Origin: Pristiophorus japonicus
Taxonomy: Eukaryota
Direction of reading: 5' to 3'
NCBI RefSeq assembly: GCF_044704955.1
Contig: NC_091979.1
Coordinates: 281,480,001 to 281,544,000, forward strand
DNA length: 64,000 bases
Shown: positions 25,630 through 37,071 of the stretch, in pieces
Layout: each line of letters begins with the position of its first letter
Position numbering within the stretch: the first letter of the stretch is position 1
Program-made: the position numbers and the translations under genes
Notes under the pieces: generated by a model
Seen by the model: the letters and a program-made list of their open reading frames with translations, nothing else
Database searches by the model: none
What the model was told of the DNA's origin: nothing

Positions 25630-26265
25630 AACATGGCTCAATTTGTAGCACACTTGCCTCTGGGTCACAAGGTTGTAAGTTTGAGCCCCACCAAAGTGTT
25701 TGAGGGAATAAGCTAGGCTGACATTCCAGTGCATTGTTCCCAGTGCAGGTCTCCAGTCATCCTGGTTTACCCTTGCCACTGGATAAAGGCCTAGCTCTCT
25801 CAAACCCATGTGGTGGCTAATGTGCAACAGTCACCACACATTAAAAACATCCACGCACAGGCATCTTCCACCCCTGGAGTTTAAGACTGGAATATTGGGT
25901 CCTCCATTGAAACATCTGTAAACGCATCCCTTTTGGTGTGTCATCCTCGTTCGAGGGACTGTTGATGATGATGATGCATTGATGAATGTGCTGTCATTGA
26001 TGAAACATTAAACTGAAGTCTGACTATTCCAGTGGTTTGACTATTCCAGTGGTCAGGAATGACACGATTCAGAGAAGAGCAGGGAGATCTCCTGGTGTCC
26101 TGGCCAACTTTCCTATCTCAACCAATAATGCTTGTAAAAGGATTGAATGGTCATTCATCTCATGACATGTTGTGGAACTTTACTGGTGCGGAATGACGAC
26201 TGTTTTTTGCCTACATAACAGTCACTGCACTTCAAGCAGTGTGCAAAGTGCTTTGAAACGTGAAC
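25630..26265 (+). mobile_element. tRNA-derived Deu-type SINE (SacSINE1/AmnSINE-like), interrupted by a bipartite RTE element
   Basis: A-box-like tggctcaatttgtagcac, B-box-like gtttgagccc, core gaagagcagggag.tctcctggtgtcctggccaa, tail gtgcaaagtgctttga; homologous to 48865 and 50225. Confidence 0.75.
25737..25974 (+). mobile_element. Short bipartite RTE-derived non-autonomous retroposon, copy 1
   Basis: RTE 5' UTR (cccttgccactgga...cacgcacaggcatcttccaccc) fused to RTE 3' end (gtcatcctcgttcgagggactg) and (tga)n; TSD tgcattg (25730-25736 and 25975-25981). Confidence 0.85.
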
Positions 26266-29200
26266 GGTGTTACTGGATGTTGCAGGAACTTAGCTGGAAT
26301 GTGAGGTGATTACTGAGCTTGAGTATTTTAAATCTTGCTGTAGTTCACTACATTCTTTTATGTGAATGGTTGTTCGGCATCTGTGCTATCAGAAATTTGT
26401 TGCTACTCAAAAGTAGCTAATCTTTCATCCGTGATAGTGACCTCATACACTGTACATCATGAACTTCTGGACATGAGAATGGAGACAACAAAAACAATTG
26501 GATGACTTTGCAGAATTCAAAATAACTCCCGTACATTATCTATATTGTGCACTTATATTGCTGTGGTAGATAAATCACTTTTCAAATATTTAACTGTGAT
26601 CAGTATGATGGCTTATGATTCCATTATGTTTTCAGATTCTAACAACTTTGTGTTCTGTTCGATTTATTTTTAGACCTGATATAAATTAATACATAATTAA
26701 ACAGTTCTTTCTTCAAACTTAGTGCTTGTGTACCATCAAGAAATTGCCTAGTTATGTCATCACCATAGGGGCTGAATGCTTCACCATCTGCTTTGTGCTT
26801 TCACATTCAATTCATCAGATCTCCTTTTAGTCATAAACATATGGATTTCACAGCACAGCAGAAATCGCTACAACAACATTGAAGTACTATACTTGCAATA
26901 TGCTTGGCCATTTATATTAGCATAAAAATGTGACATTTGTTGCAAAAGAAATTGCTGAGCCATCTGCATATAAAAGGTTTGAAGTTTAAAAATGTAAAAG
27001 GCCTGTATGTGAGAAAAATGGCACAGAAGCACATGCTTTTTCAAAGTCATGTAACAGGCAGATACCTGGTAAGTTGTGCTATTCTGTACAAAACATCAAG
27101 TCATAAATCATAATATTCTCACCAATAAATCTTGCACAACCTTTTTTATCCTCATTTATTATTAATGACAAGCAGGACTTAATATTGTATTATTTTTTGC
27201 TAACAATGGTGTTCCATTTTTATACATAGCAGTTAATGGTACAATCAGATACCAAATTATTTTTCTTCAGGTCTCGATACTACCTATTTTGTGCAACACT
27301 GCTGATGGCAGTTAGTTTGTAATCTTTTCTGTGTATCAGCTGTAACCTGATACACTCCATGAAAAGGAGTTATATATGTTTTTGCAATTGTCACCACAAA
27401 GCAGTTTCACAATTTAAAGCTATTAGCTACGTAAAATGCTGTTGTCTTCTTGCTAATTAACTAATATAAAACAAGGAAAGTTGTTTTCACAGAAGATTGC
27501 AGTGGGTAAGGAACAAGTTTATGGCTACTCCATCTCCAACACTTCTGTATGTGAAAGATTTGGTACATGACAATTAATTGTAAATCAGTGCGTAACTTGG
27601 AGTTTATAATAGAATTCAGCTGTTGCATGTGCTTTTGTGGTTTGCTTCGTGCATTGGGAGATCAAAAAGAGAGAATGTAATGGGAAGTAGATAAATACAT
27701 GCAAGAAAAATAGAAGACTTAAGAGACACACAGAACAAAGGAACTAGAAAGAAATACAAAAGCTTAAATTATGAATTACAAATTAAGAAATGCACAGGAA
27801 GAAGTAGCAAAGAAGAAAAAGGCAGAGGTTAAAAAAAGTGAGAAGTAGACAAAGGGGGAAAAATATAGAAAATGTAGAGAGTTCAAAGAAATATGTTGGC
27901 GCAAGAGTTTTAACCAGGAGTTAAACTACAGGAAACATCAACATTATTGTGTTATATTATCTTCTGTAGCACCATTGTATTATTGAATTTAAGTTTATTG
28001 TTATCGGTGAATTTAAATGGCTACAGGTCTACGTGATATCAGCATCTTTGTGGCTATTCTTATCAAAAGTGAATTGCTCACTGGCTGTTTTGTGACCACA
28101 GCAAGGATGCCCTGTCCATGCCACACACCCAAAAAGTCCACCCAATCTGGTTTGTGTTGAAGATCCACTTTAGCGTCTCTGTGGTTCCAAAATACAAACC
28201 GTATTCAAAATTGTTTTCTTGTGACAGATTTGCTCGTGGCTGTTACCTCTACACAACTGTTTATAGTGGATGTAAGTATTTTCATGTAAAGTATGTGCCT
28301 CTAGAGTGTTCCACAGTGGGGGGGCTTTCCACTGGTATCTTCTATTGCAGGTTTTCTCCTTGGATGAGTTGTAAAAGATGAAGAACATAACAAATCTCAG
28401 CAGATACTGTGGTGGTGGTGGGGGGGGATGGAGTGGGGAAATGAGGACAAGCTGTGTCTGAAAACAGACTGATCACACTGGTACCAATGTTAGGAAGCAG
28501 ATGTGTTCTAATAGGATCCCCATAGTTTACATCACAGTAGTGTGTCTACCTCACTGCTTGACTGATGGAATGGAGGATATGCAAAGCCCCACGGAATGGA
28601 ATATTTAAAAAAAAACACTAACTACCTGGTCCACAGTTATGGGCACTTACTTTCTATTTGCACTACTTACCCTAGGTTCTTTTTTTCCTCTTTAAAATAT
28701 TTTCCTTCTTGATGGTGTTGCCATGCTCTAACAGAGGGGAAACAGTGGTCATGGCTGCAGACTTCTCTATTGCATTTGTCAATACATTTTCTTGATAAAC
28801 CAGCAGGAGGTGTAATTCAAATAGTGCAAGCTGATACACATCCGTTTTTTCTCACCGTGATGGAACAGCTCCCTCCACTTGGTGCTGCATCTAGCAGCCT
28901 GGCCAAGACCTGACAAAACTCACCCAACCAAAGCAAGGAGGTTGGAGTGACAGGCAATCCTGTAATTTAGAATTTCAAACCTCTTGTTGGGAGTCAAGCA
29001 CTCAACCACTCAAGCCCCCACCCTATGTAATTTAAGAAAATCTCTCCTGATATATAGTAGGTAGTTTAATCATGCACAATTTGCAATAAATTTCATAGTA
29101 TACTGTAAAAGGGAAATATTGTTAACAGTAACTCTTTGATGACTGCAATAGCATCCCTTTTTTTAAAAAAAGGCAGAATTCTGGGTGGATATGAATAATA

Positions 29201-29774
29201 AAATAATAATTTGGTCCAGAGATTTAAAAACATTGCAAACAATGAGCAAGAAGCTCAATTAGTTCATGGATATCATCTAAACACATAGCTTGCGTTACAT
29301 GCTTCTTACTCTAAAAATGTTTAATAAAGCAGTGTAAAATAAGTTTAATTATTATGAAACATTTAGGATATTATGTCATCAGTGCAGAACAATATGATCA
29401 CGTGCGTTCACAGAAAGATATAATAAGGAAAATGGTTTGCCACTGTAAAGTTCTAGTTAATGGAATTAATAGCCAGAATTGTATTGTAGCAGGATTCCAT
29501 TACTTTCATTTTTTCCCAAGCACACAATGAATTAAATATTCAGTGGCCCTATACATTTCTACCTCATAATATTGCATATTAATAATTTTTAGAAAATAAT
29601 TTTGGCAGATATTGAGATAGGACAGGTTTGTCTCTCAGAATTAATGCAATTGATACAAATGACTAGAATTGCTGACATTTCACTTTAAAATGACTAGACA
29701 TCACTAGCCCACCTACTCTAATTTGTGGAATTACTGTAATGTAAATTAGGTACAGGTAGGACATGCGGAAAGAG

Positions 29775-30305
29775 CATCCTTATTTAAGAAAGGATATACT
29801 TGCATTGGAGGCAGTTCAGAGAAGGTTCACGAGGTTGATTCCTGAGATGAAGGGGTTATATGAAGAAAGGTTGAGCAGGTTGGGCCTATACTCATTGGAG
29901 TTTAGAAGACCGAGAGGTGGTCGTATTGAAACACATAAGATTCTGAATGGGCTTGACAGAGTAGATGCAGGGAGGATGTTTCCCCTAGTGGGGGAATCTA
30001 GAATGAGGGGGCATAGTTTCAGAATAAGTGGTCACCCATTTAAAACAGAAATGAGGAGGAATTTCTTCGCTCAGAGGGTCGCGAATCTTTGGAATTTTCT
30101 ATCTCAGAGAGCTGTGGAGGCTGGGTCATTGAATGTATTTAAGGTGGAGACAGACAGATTATTGAATGATAAGGGAGTCGAAGGTTAAGGGGAGTGGGCG
30201 GGGAAGTAGAGTTGAAGCCAGGATCAGATCAGCCATGATCTTATTGAATGGCGGAGCAGGCTCGAGGGGTCAAATGGCCTGCTCCTATTTCTTATGTTCT
30301 TATCT
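29775..30305 (+). mobile_element. CR1 3' fragment
   Basis: PYLRKDILALEAVQRRFTRLIP...RRNFFAQRV; tail ttcttatgttcttat. Confidence 0.92.
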
Positions 30306-31571
30306 TAAGCAATGTTCTAAACTGAATTTAAACATATGAAATTAATAACAAAGTTTAGATTCACATTGTCTCAAATTATAAATTGCTATTTTTAAATACA
30401 TTCTGATTATTTGCAAACATTAAAAATGTTGATGCAAGTACACAGTATCTCAAGCCAGAAGAGATTGTTCTTAAGTTTTGTATTTTCAGATAAGATGCTT
30501 CTAATTGAAATTTCCCATGGAATAAAGGATTTAGCCAACCTATCAAAAAATGTTATTCCTGTGACAAGGCTTTTTCAGTTGCTGTGATAGATTCCAATGA
30601 ACCATATTTATGTACATAGAAACTATCAGTGCATAGGTAGGAAAAAGTAAAATGGTTACTTTAAATTCTATTGCACTGGGGTAGAAATTGCACATCTTGC
30701 AAAAGTTTAAAATACCAGATAAGAGACAGCATTAACTAGTGACTAGCAATATAGGGCTCAATTTTCCCGGCTCATTTGTGCCGTTTTTTTGGCGCGCGCT
30801 GTTTTTTCTGGCGTAATTATTTAATTCAAAGTTTCCCCCTGGAATCTGCACCGGCGTAACTGCTTTAGTTACGATTTTTCTAGGTTAGGTTTTTTTGATC
30901 ATATAGGGGGCATTCCCTCATGTCTGCGCCAGTTTTCAGCATTTTTCACAGTTTGCCCAAAAATTTTCTATCCTAGGTCGGCGTATCTGGCCATTCCCGA
31001 TTAAACCTTCTGGTGAGTTAACAGAAAGCAGCGCACATTGAAAAATCGAAGTTTTTGGAGGGAGTCAAGAACATTTTAAATATCCATAATAATATTCAAC
31101 TTTTTGTACCTTCCAACGGAGTACGTGGAAGTTTCTTGTATTTCTGAAGTTTTCATTTTTTTTAACTCACGCTACCACCAAACGTCTTCAAGCAGGGCTG
31201 GAGGGTCGTAGCGTCGGCTGTCAGAATCGGTCCCGCGCCCGAACACGGGCCCGGGGGGAGGGAGGGAGGGAGGTGGTGATCGGAAGGCTTCTGCACTGAG
31301 CCTGGGGAGAGAGGTGCCGATCGGAAGGCTGCTGCACTAGGCACAAGACTGCAATGAGTTTGGTGGAGGGGGGGCGGGGGGAGAGAAAGGCAGAAGTCAC
31401 AAGTCTGCAATTAGTTGGGGGTGGAGGGGGGAGGGAGAAGAGAGGAGAAGTCACAAGACCTAGGTGTGGTCCACCCATACAGACCTTGGGGAGAGAAAGC
31501 AAAGAACATGTCCTTCCTGCCTTCCTGCCATTTTGAGTTTCTTCTAAAGGTAAAATTTAACTATACTGACA

Positions 31572-32772
31572 ATGCCATACCTTGTGCCCACTTTCTGCAT
31601 CATGGTGCTACATACGAGACAATTGATTCAACGTCATCGCATGAGGGACCTCAGAGCCCGTAAGGTGCTGGACAGGAGGTTTTACCCACCTCAGGTATAT
31701 CGAGACAGGCGTTCGTATCTGCACCTGAGTGATGCAGACTGTGTCAGAAAGCTGCATTTCCACAAATAAGTTGTAATTGAGATCTGTGAGTTGGTGAAAG
31801 CAGACCTGCAACCTAGAAGCATTGGGAGGACTGCTTTGTCAGTTGAAGTGAAGGTTACAGCTGCACTTTCATTCAATCTAAGCCTCCTGATCGTTTCAAG
31901 CTACAATTGGGGATGTGTGCCGTCTCTCAACATGCAACACATGTCTACATTCGGCAGGTGACAACTGCAGTATATGCATGGAGGAATGACTACATAAAGT
32001 TCCCCATGACCGCCCAAGCAATGCGTTAAAGGGCTGTGGGCTTCTTCAGGATTGCTGGCTTCCCAAAGGTACAGGATTACATTGATTGTACCCACATCGC
32101 CTTGTGAGCACCTTTTCGGAGGATTCCGAGATGTACAGGAACAGAAAAGGCTTCCACTCCATTAATATACAACTCGGGTGTGACAACATGCATCGCATCA
32201 TGTCAGTTGATGCAGGATACCCTGGGAGAACCCATGATGTGTTCATCCTACATGAGAGCGTTATATCTGCCATGTTTCAGCAGCAGCCAGAAGGGCAGAG
32301 CTGGCGATTGGGATACAAAGGGTATGGCCTGGCCACCTGTCTCATGACTCTCCTATGCGTAACCCGGACAGAAGCTGACCGGGAATACAACATGTCGTAC
32401 ATTGCGATGCGCAGCATCATAGGGAGGACCATTGGCATCTTGAAACAATGTTTCCGATGCCTGGACCATTCCGGAGGCTACTTGCTATACTCCCCTGAGA
32501 TTGTCGGTCAGTTCACTGTTGTGTGCTGCATGCTGCATAACTTAGCCATCATGAGGCAGCAGCAGCTGGTATAAGACCCATCTGTGGTGAGAGTGGCTGA
32601 TGATAATGATGAGGAAGATGCAGATGATGAGGAGGAGGATAATGAGAACGAGGAAGCCATGCAAGTACCTGAACTTGAAGCACGACGGCAGAGGAGGACG
32701 GGCCATCGTGCCCCTTTAACGATTGCTCGAGCCTTGCGCCAGCAACTCATCCATGAACGCTTTGCTGCCTGA
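31572..32772 (+). pseudogene. Harbinger DDE transposase, disrupted
   Basis: MPYLVPTF...YRDRRSYLHLSDADCVRKL...IDCTH...RNRKGFHSINIQ...YPGRTHD...LKQCFRCLDHSGG...CCMLHNL...QLIHERFAA*; stops and frameshifts. Confidence 0.92.
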
Positions 32773-33204
32773 AGGCTCAGTGACAACTATTCCACATGGA
32801 GCATGTTTACTGTTTGGACCTGTTCTGTGATATTGTGTGGTGTTAATGAAACAAATGATTGAATTGATTCTTGTTTACTTTAAAAGTTGTGTTAATAATC
32901 AAACAAATAATGGAAATGATTCAGATTTAATATTAAATATATTTTATTCAAAAGTTTAACAAACAGTTCTTTATACTTAACTTTAATAAAATTATTCATG
33001 CATTAAACTTTAAAGTTTTCAGTTACGATCACTTACAAACTCTAAGATCACTTAATTTTATGATCACTGACTAACTTTTAAACTTGTAAATTTACATAAC
33101 TTACAAAAATCTTTTAATTTGAGAACAACAGTTATAACCGTAACAATAATAATAACAGCAGCAGCAGCAAAGAAAGGCTGAACCCATCTCTTCATCACCT
33201 TATT

Positions 33205-34946
33205 CTAAGACCGCCTGCTGCACTTGTTCTTGGTGACTCTACCCCTGCCCACAGGCGGTGGTGCAGTGTTTCTAGGATTGGTACCAAGCTTATTCTTTCT
33301 AAGATCTTGGGTAGTGCACACCTGTGGCGGGGGGAAGGGGTGGCAGGCGGCAATGTGGAGGGCCTGGCTTGGGGCTCTTCAGAGGCTGGCCTGGGGATTG
33401 GAGTGGGAGCGGCAGTTGATTCTGTCAATGGGCGCGGGGTCTGGGTGTGTTCCCTTATTGCAGCAGCTAACTCCAACATGCCGTCCCCCATGAGTCCTGA
33501 CAGTGTCTCAATGATCTGTAAGATTCCCTCTCTCATGTTGAGCAAACTTTTCCAACTACCTGTGACATTCCCTCCCTTATGTTCAGTGATGGTGTTTGCA
33601 CCAACTCTGACATTCCCTCCCAGATGCTCACTGACAGCGCATCACCTACCTGTGACATTCCTTCCCTCTTAGTCACTGACATGGTTTCAGCTGACTGAGA
33701 TATTCCCTCACTTATGGTCCCGGACATCGTTACCTTTTCTCGTGAGATTGCTCTTACCTCTCCCGACAGTCCCGCTACCTCATCACCCACCCCACTGATG
33801 GTGTCCAGGAGTGATCGCGTAAGGTCAGTGCTCTCCCCACTCATTGCCATCATCTGAAGCACATCTGTTAGACCCTGTACCTCAGGAGAGCACAGTCGAG
33901 CTCTCCTTCCCCTCCTCCCCACGGGTGTGGCTCGCACCCCACCACTGGAACCCGCAGCCTCGGACGTTAGAAAACTATGGAATGTCCCACCAACACTCAA
34001 ACCACTAGTCAGGGAAGGAGCTGGCACCTCAATGGGCAGCACCTGCACCTCCTCCAAAATCAGTAAAACAGTGGGGGCTTCATCCATCTCCATCCCCTCC
34101 TCCTCCCACCCCCCTTCTTGGTCTGGAAGGTGGGATTGGAAGATGTTCTCCTCTTCAGGCTCGTCCTCATCTGAATCTTCTTCTGCATCGTCCGGGTTGG
34201 TCTCAAGTTCTGCAAAATATAACAGAACAGACAAATGGTTAGCAGCAGAGGAGGGGGCAGGGTGGGTGGCATGAGTAGCCTCACACAGCGCAGGCTGCCG
34301 GCTGATTTGAAGGACCACGATGAATGATAGCACATTGCATCAACCGAAGCGTAGCTGAAGGAAATATCCCCATGAACCGAAACATGGCTAGCCCATGCAG
34401 TACTTAACATTTAGCAAAGCCATACTGTGGAATTTATAGAACTTACCCTTTCCCTCGAGTGTGGACCCAGCTTGTGCAGTGGTGGTTGCTTTTCTCCAGG
34501 CAGGACCCATCAAAGGAGCGACCCTCTCTTCCAACGGTGTCAGTGGCTGCAGATTTGCCGGGCCTCCTCCTGTTTGAGTTCTTTCCCTTTTATTATGTGC
34601 CATCTTCCTCTGCAAAGATGAAAATGCACCCTTTTAGAGAGGGTGGGACATATACAGCTGGTCACATTTACAGTTGCAGTTCCATTGAATAAATAAAAAT
34701 ATTACTTACACTAACTACTTGACAAAGGTCCTGCCACTTCTTTTTACACTGGCCTCCAGATCTCGTGGTGGTCACCATTGTGCAGTAATCTTCTGCAACT
34801 TGTTTCCAGCATTTCTTCATTTGTTTGGGTGAAACTTTTATGTGACCTCTGCTGGTATCCATCTCCTACCATCTGGTCTCAATCACAGTAGCTAGTGCCT
34901 CCACTTCATCTTGCAAGAAATTCTTGGTCCTTGCACCGCATTGCAT
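33205..34946 (-). pseudogene. Harbinger Myb/SANT-like gene, three exons, disrupted
   Basis: KNFLQDEVEAL...KKCWKQVAEDY...RSGGQCKKKWQDL; RKMAHNKRERTQTGGG; acidic tract; GT-AG introns colinear with copy 1. Confidence 0.85.
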
Positions 34947-34992
34947 CTTGTATTGCTGAAGATGCGATTTTTCCCATGCTCTAGCACAGCAC

Positions 34993-35500
34993 TCATAGAA
35001 TCATAGAAGTTTACAGCACAGAAGGAAGCCATTTCGGCCCATCGTGTCCATGCCAGCCAACAAGAGGCTATCCATCTTAATCCCACTTTCCAGCTCTAGG
35101 TCTGTAACCCTGCAGGTTACGGCACTTCAGGTACTTTTTAAATGTGATGAGGGTTTCTGCCTCTACCATCCTTTCAGGCAGTGAGTTCCAGACCTCCACA
35201 ACCCTCCGCATGAAGAAATTTCCCCTCAAATCCCCTCTAAACCTTCTACCAATTAATTTAAATTTATGCCCCATGGTTGTTGACCCCTCTGCTAAGGGAA
35301 ATAGTCCCTTTCTATCCACTATATCTAGGCCCCTCATAATTTTATACACCTCAATGAGGTCTCCCCTCAGCCTCCTCTGTTCCAGTGAAAACAAATCCAG
35401 CCTATGTAACCTGTCCTCATAGCTAAGATTCTCCACTCCCGGCAACATCCTCGTAAATCTCCTCTGTACCCTCTCCAGTGCAATCACACCCTTCCTGTAA
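34993..35500 (-). mobile_element. CR1 3' fragment nested in Harbinger copy 2
   Basis: ORF 35077-35487 (ALERVQRRFTRMLPG...); (ttctatga)n tail. Confidence 0.93.
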
Positions 35501-36936
35501 GGAACTCCTCACACACACAACTGACTCTTTAAAAATGGCTGATTACCAACCCGGAGCTGTACTGCGCATTCGTGTCCATTGAAATAACGTCAAAACTGTC
35601 ACTTTTTTTTGTCGTGCATGCGCAGAAGGTGCGCCATTGTTTTTTTTGGCGCAGGCTCCACCCCCCGAGTTGACTGGACACGCTGCGCGGTGCCAAATTT
35701 GAATTATACATCGGGGAAACTTTGGTAAAATATTTCTGGCACATTTCTGGCCTAGAAAAACGGGCGTAACTCTGGCAAAATGCCAGAAAATGGGCAAAAT
35801 TGAGCCCATAAACACTAAAAGCTTAAAACCTGTCACTATAATAAGTTGAGAAAAGGCTTTTGGCATTTTGTAGCTCATCCTCTATCATTTTAACTCTCCC
35901 ATGATGTTATCCAACTGTATTTTCAACTATCCCAAAATGTTTGTTTCTTTGAGCCAACTGTGAGATTTATTGAAAATTATTCTGAGTAAAATCATTCTTC
36001 CTATTTTTAATTTACTTTTCTCTCATTTATATTTATGTCCTCTAATGTTATTTTTCTGGCTTACTTTCAAGTGGCAATCTTGGTTTATCTAATCTATGTC
36101 ATTTCATGTTTTACATACCTCAATGAGGTTTATCTTAACCCCACCTTCTCTTTAGTCCTTAAAGATTAATATCATGCCAAATTGTTTTTAATAATCACTT
36201 AGCTGCGGGTGATGATCGCATTCCTGTGTTGTTTACTAGCTGTTGTTACATATACAATTTATATACAATCAAATCCTCTAGAACTACAGCTTACAATCTG
36301 ACAATTTCACACCACTTCAAGAAACTCCTTAGTATTTTATCCTTATTGGTGTCTTTGAAACAATAAGATGGAGGGGTGGAGGTGGGAAGAAGAATGAGCT
36401 ATAATATAACAGACTTCCAATCACCCTGCCATTCGCTATTTCCAATTTAATCGTCTATGTCTGCTTCAGATATTTCGCACTGGATACCATTGCAATCGAG
36501 TCCAGAATGATAGGGATCATCAGTCTCATCTATTAAATTGCAGGCTTCCTATTCAACTACTTTTTCTGTCATGGTATGTCGGTTGGAAACAATTCTTCAG
36601 CCCTACCAGCTGTTAAAGTGTTAGTCCTCGATTTTGTTTCTTATTGCTGCTGCCACACAGCTATAGACAGCAATTGTAGAAAGTGGTGCCAGACTCACTT
36701 AAAACAGCAGCACTTGTGTAAAGCGGTGAAGTTCTTTCCCTGTTCTTCTTGCTTTTGACCATCTTAAAACTGAAGAATTCATGTGAGCCATGTAGTCCTG
36801 TAAATAGAAGCTAGAAATTAAAACTTTGAAATTATTCCAAGGGGAAGAAAGTAAAATTTACAGGAAAAAAATTGTTCATAACAAACATAACTGCACAACG
36901 TGCAATTTATTGGTTGGATATCCTAAAATCTTTACC

Positions 36937-37071
36937 TGGAATTTCTTTGGAGGTTCTCCCGAATGTCGGCCATAACCTTGCTGTAATTTTGGTGGAAACT
37001 GCTGATGTACATAAGCAAGGTTTCTGTCAAAATTACGGCGGACGATCAGGAGAACCCTCGAGGAAATTCCA
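36937..37071. mobile_element. Small fold-back MITE
   Basis: Nested inverted pairs tggaatttc/gaaattcca, ggttctcc/ggagaacc, gctgtaattttggtggaaac/gtttctgtcaaaattacggc. Confidence 0.65.

Larger units (their letters stand above)
30754..35807. mobile_element. PIF/Harbinger copy 2 (same family as copy 1, opposite orientation)
   Basis: ata|gggctcaattttccc ... gggcaaaattgagccc|ata: 12-bp perfect TIR and exact 3-bp TSD ATA; two convergent genes. Confidence 0.95.

Noticed and set aside
27660-27900. Purine-rich tract that could encode a Lys/Glu-rich peptide
   Set aside because: Low-complexity A/G sequence with stop codons; no exon boundaries.
28860-29020. Possible ancient SINE head on the minus strand
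   Set aside because: Only a vague tRNA-like A box; too degenerate to call.
31572-34946. Domesticated HARBI1/NAIF1-like host gene pair
   Set aside because: TIRs, TSD, multiple copies, stops and frameshifts indicate decaying transposons; the genes are convergent within the element.
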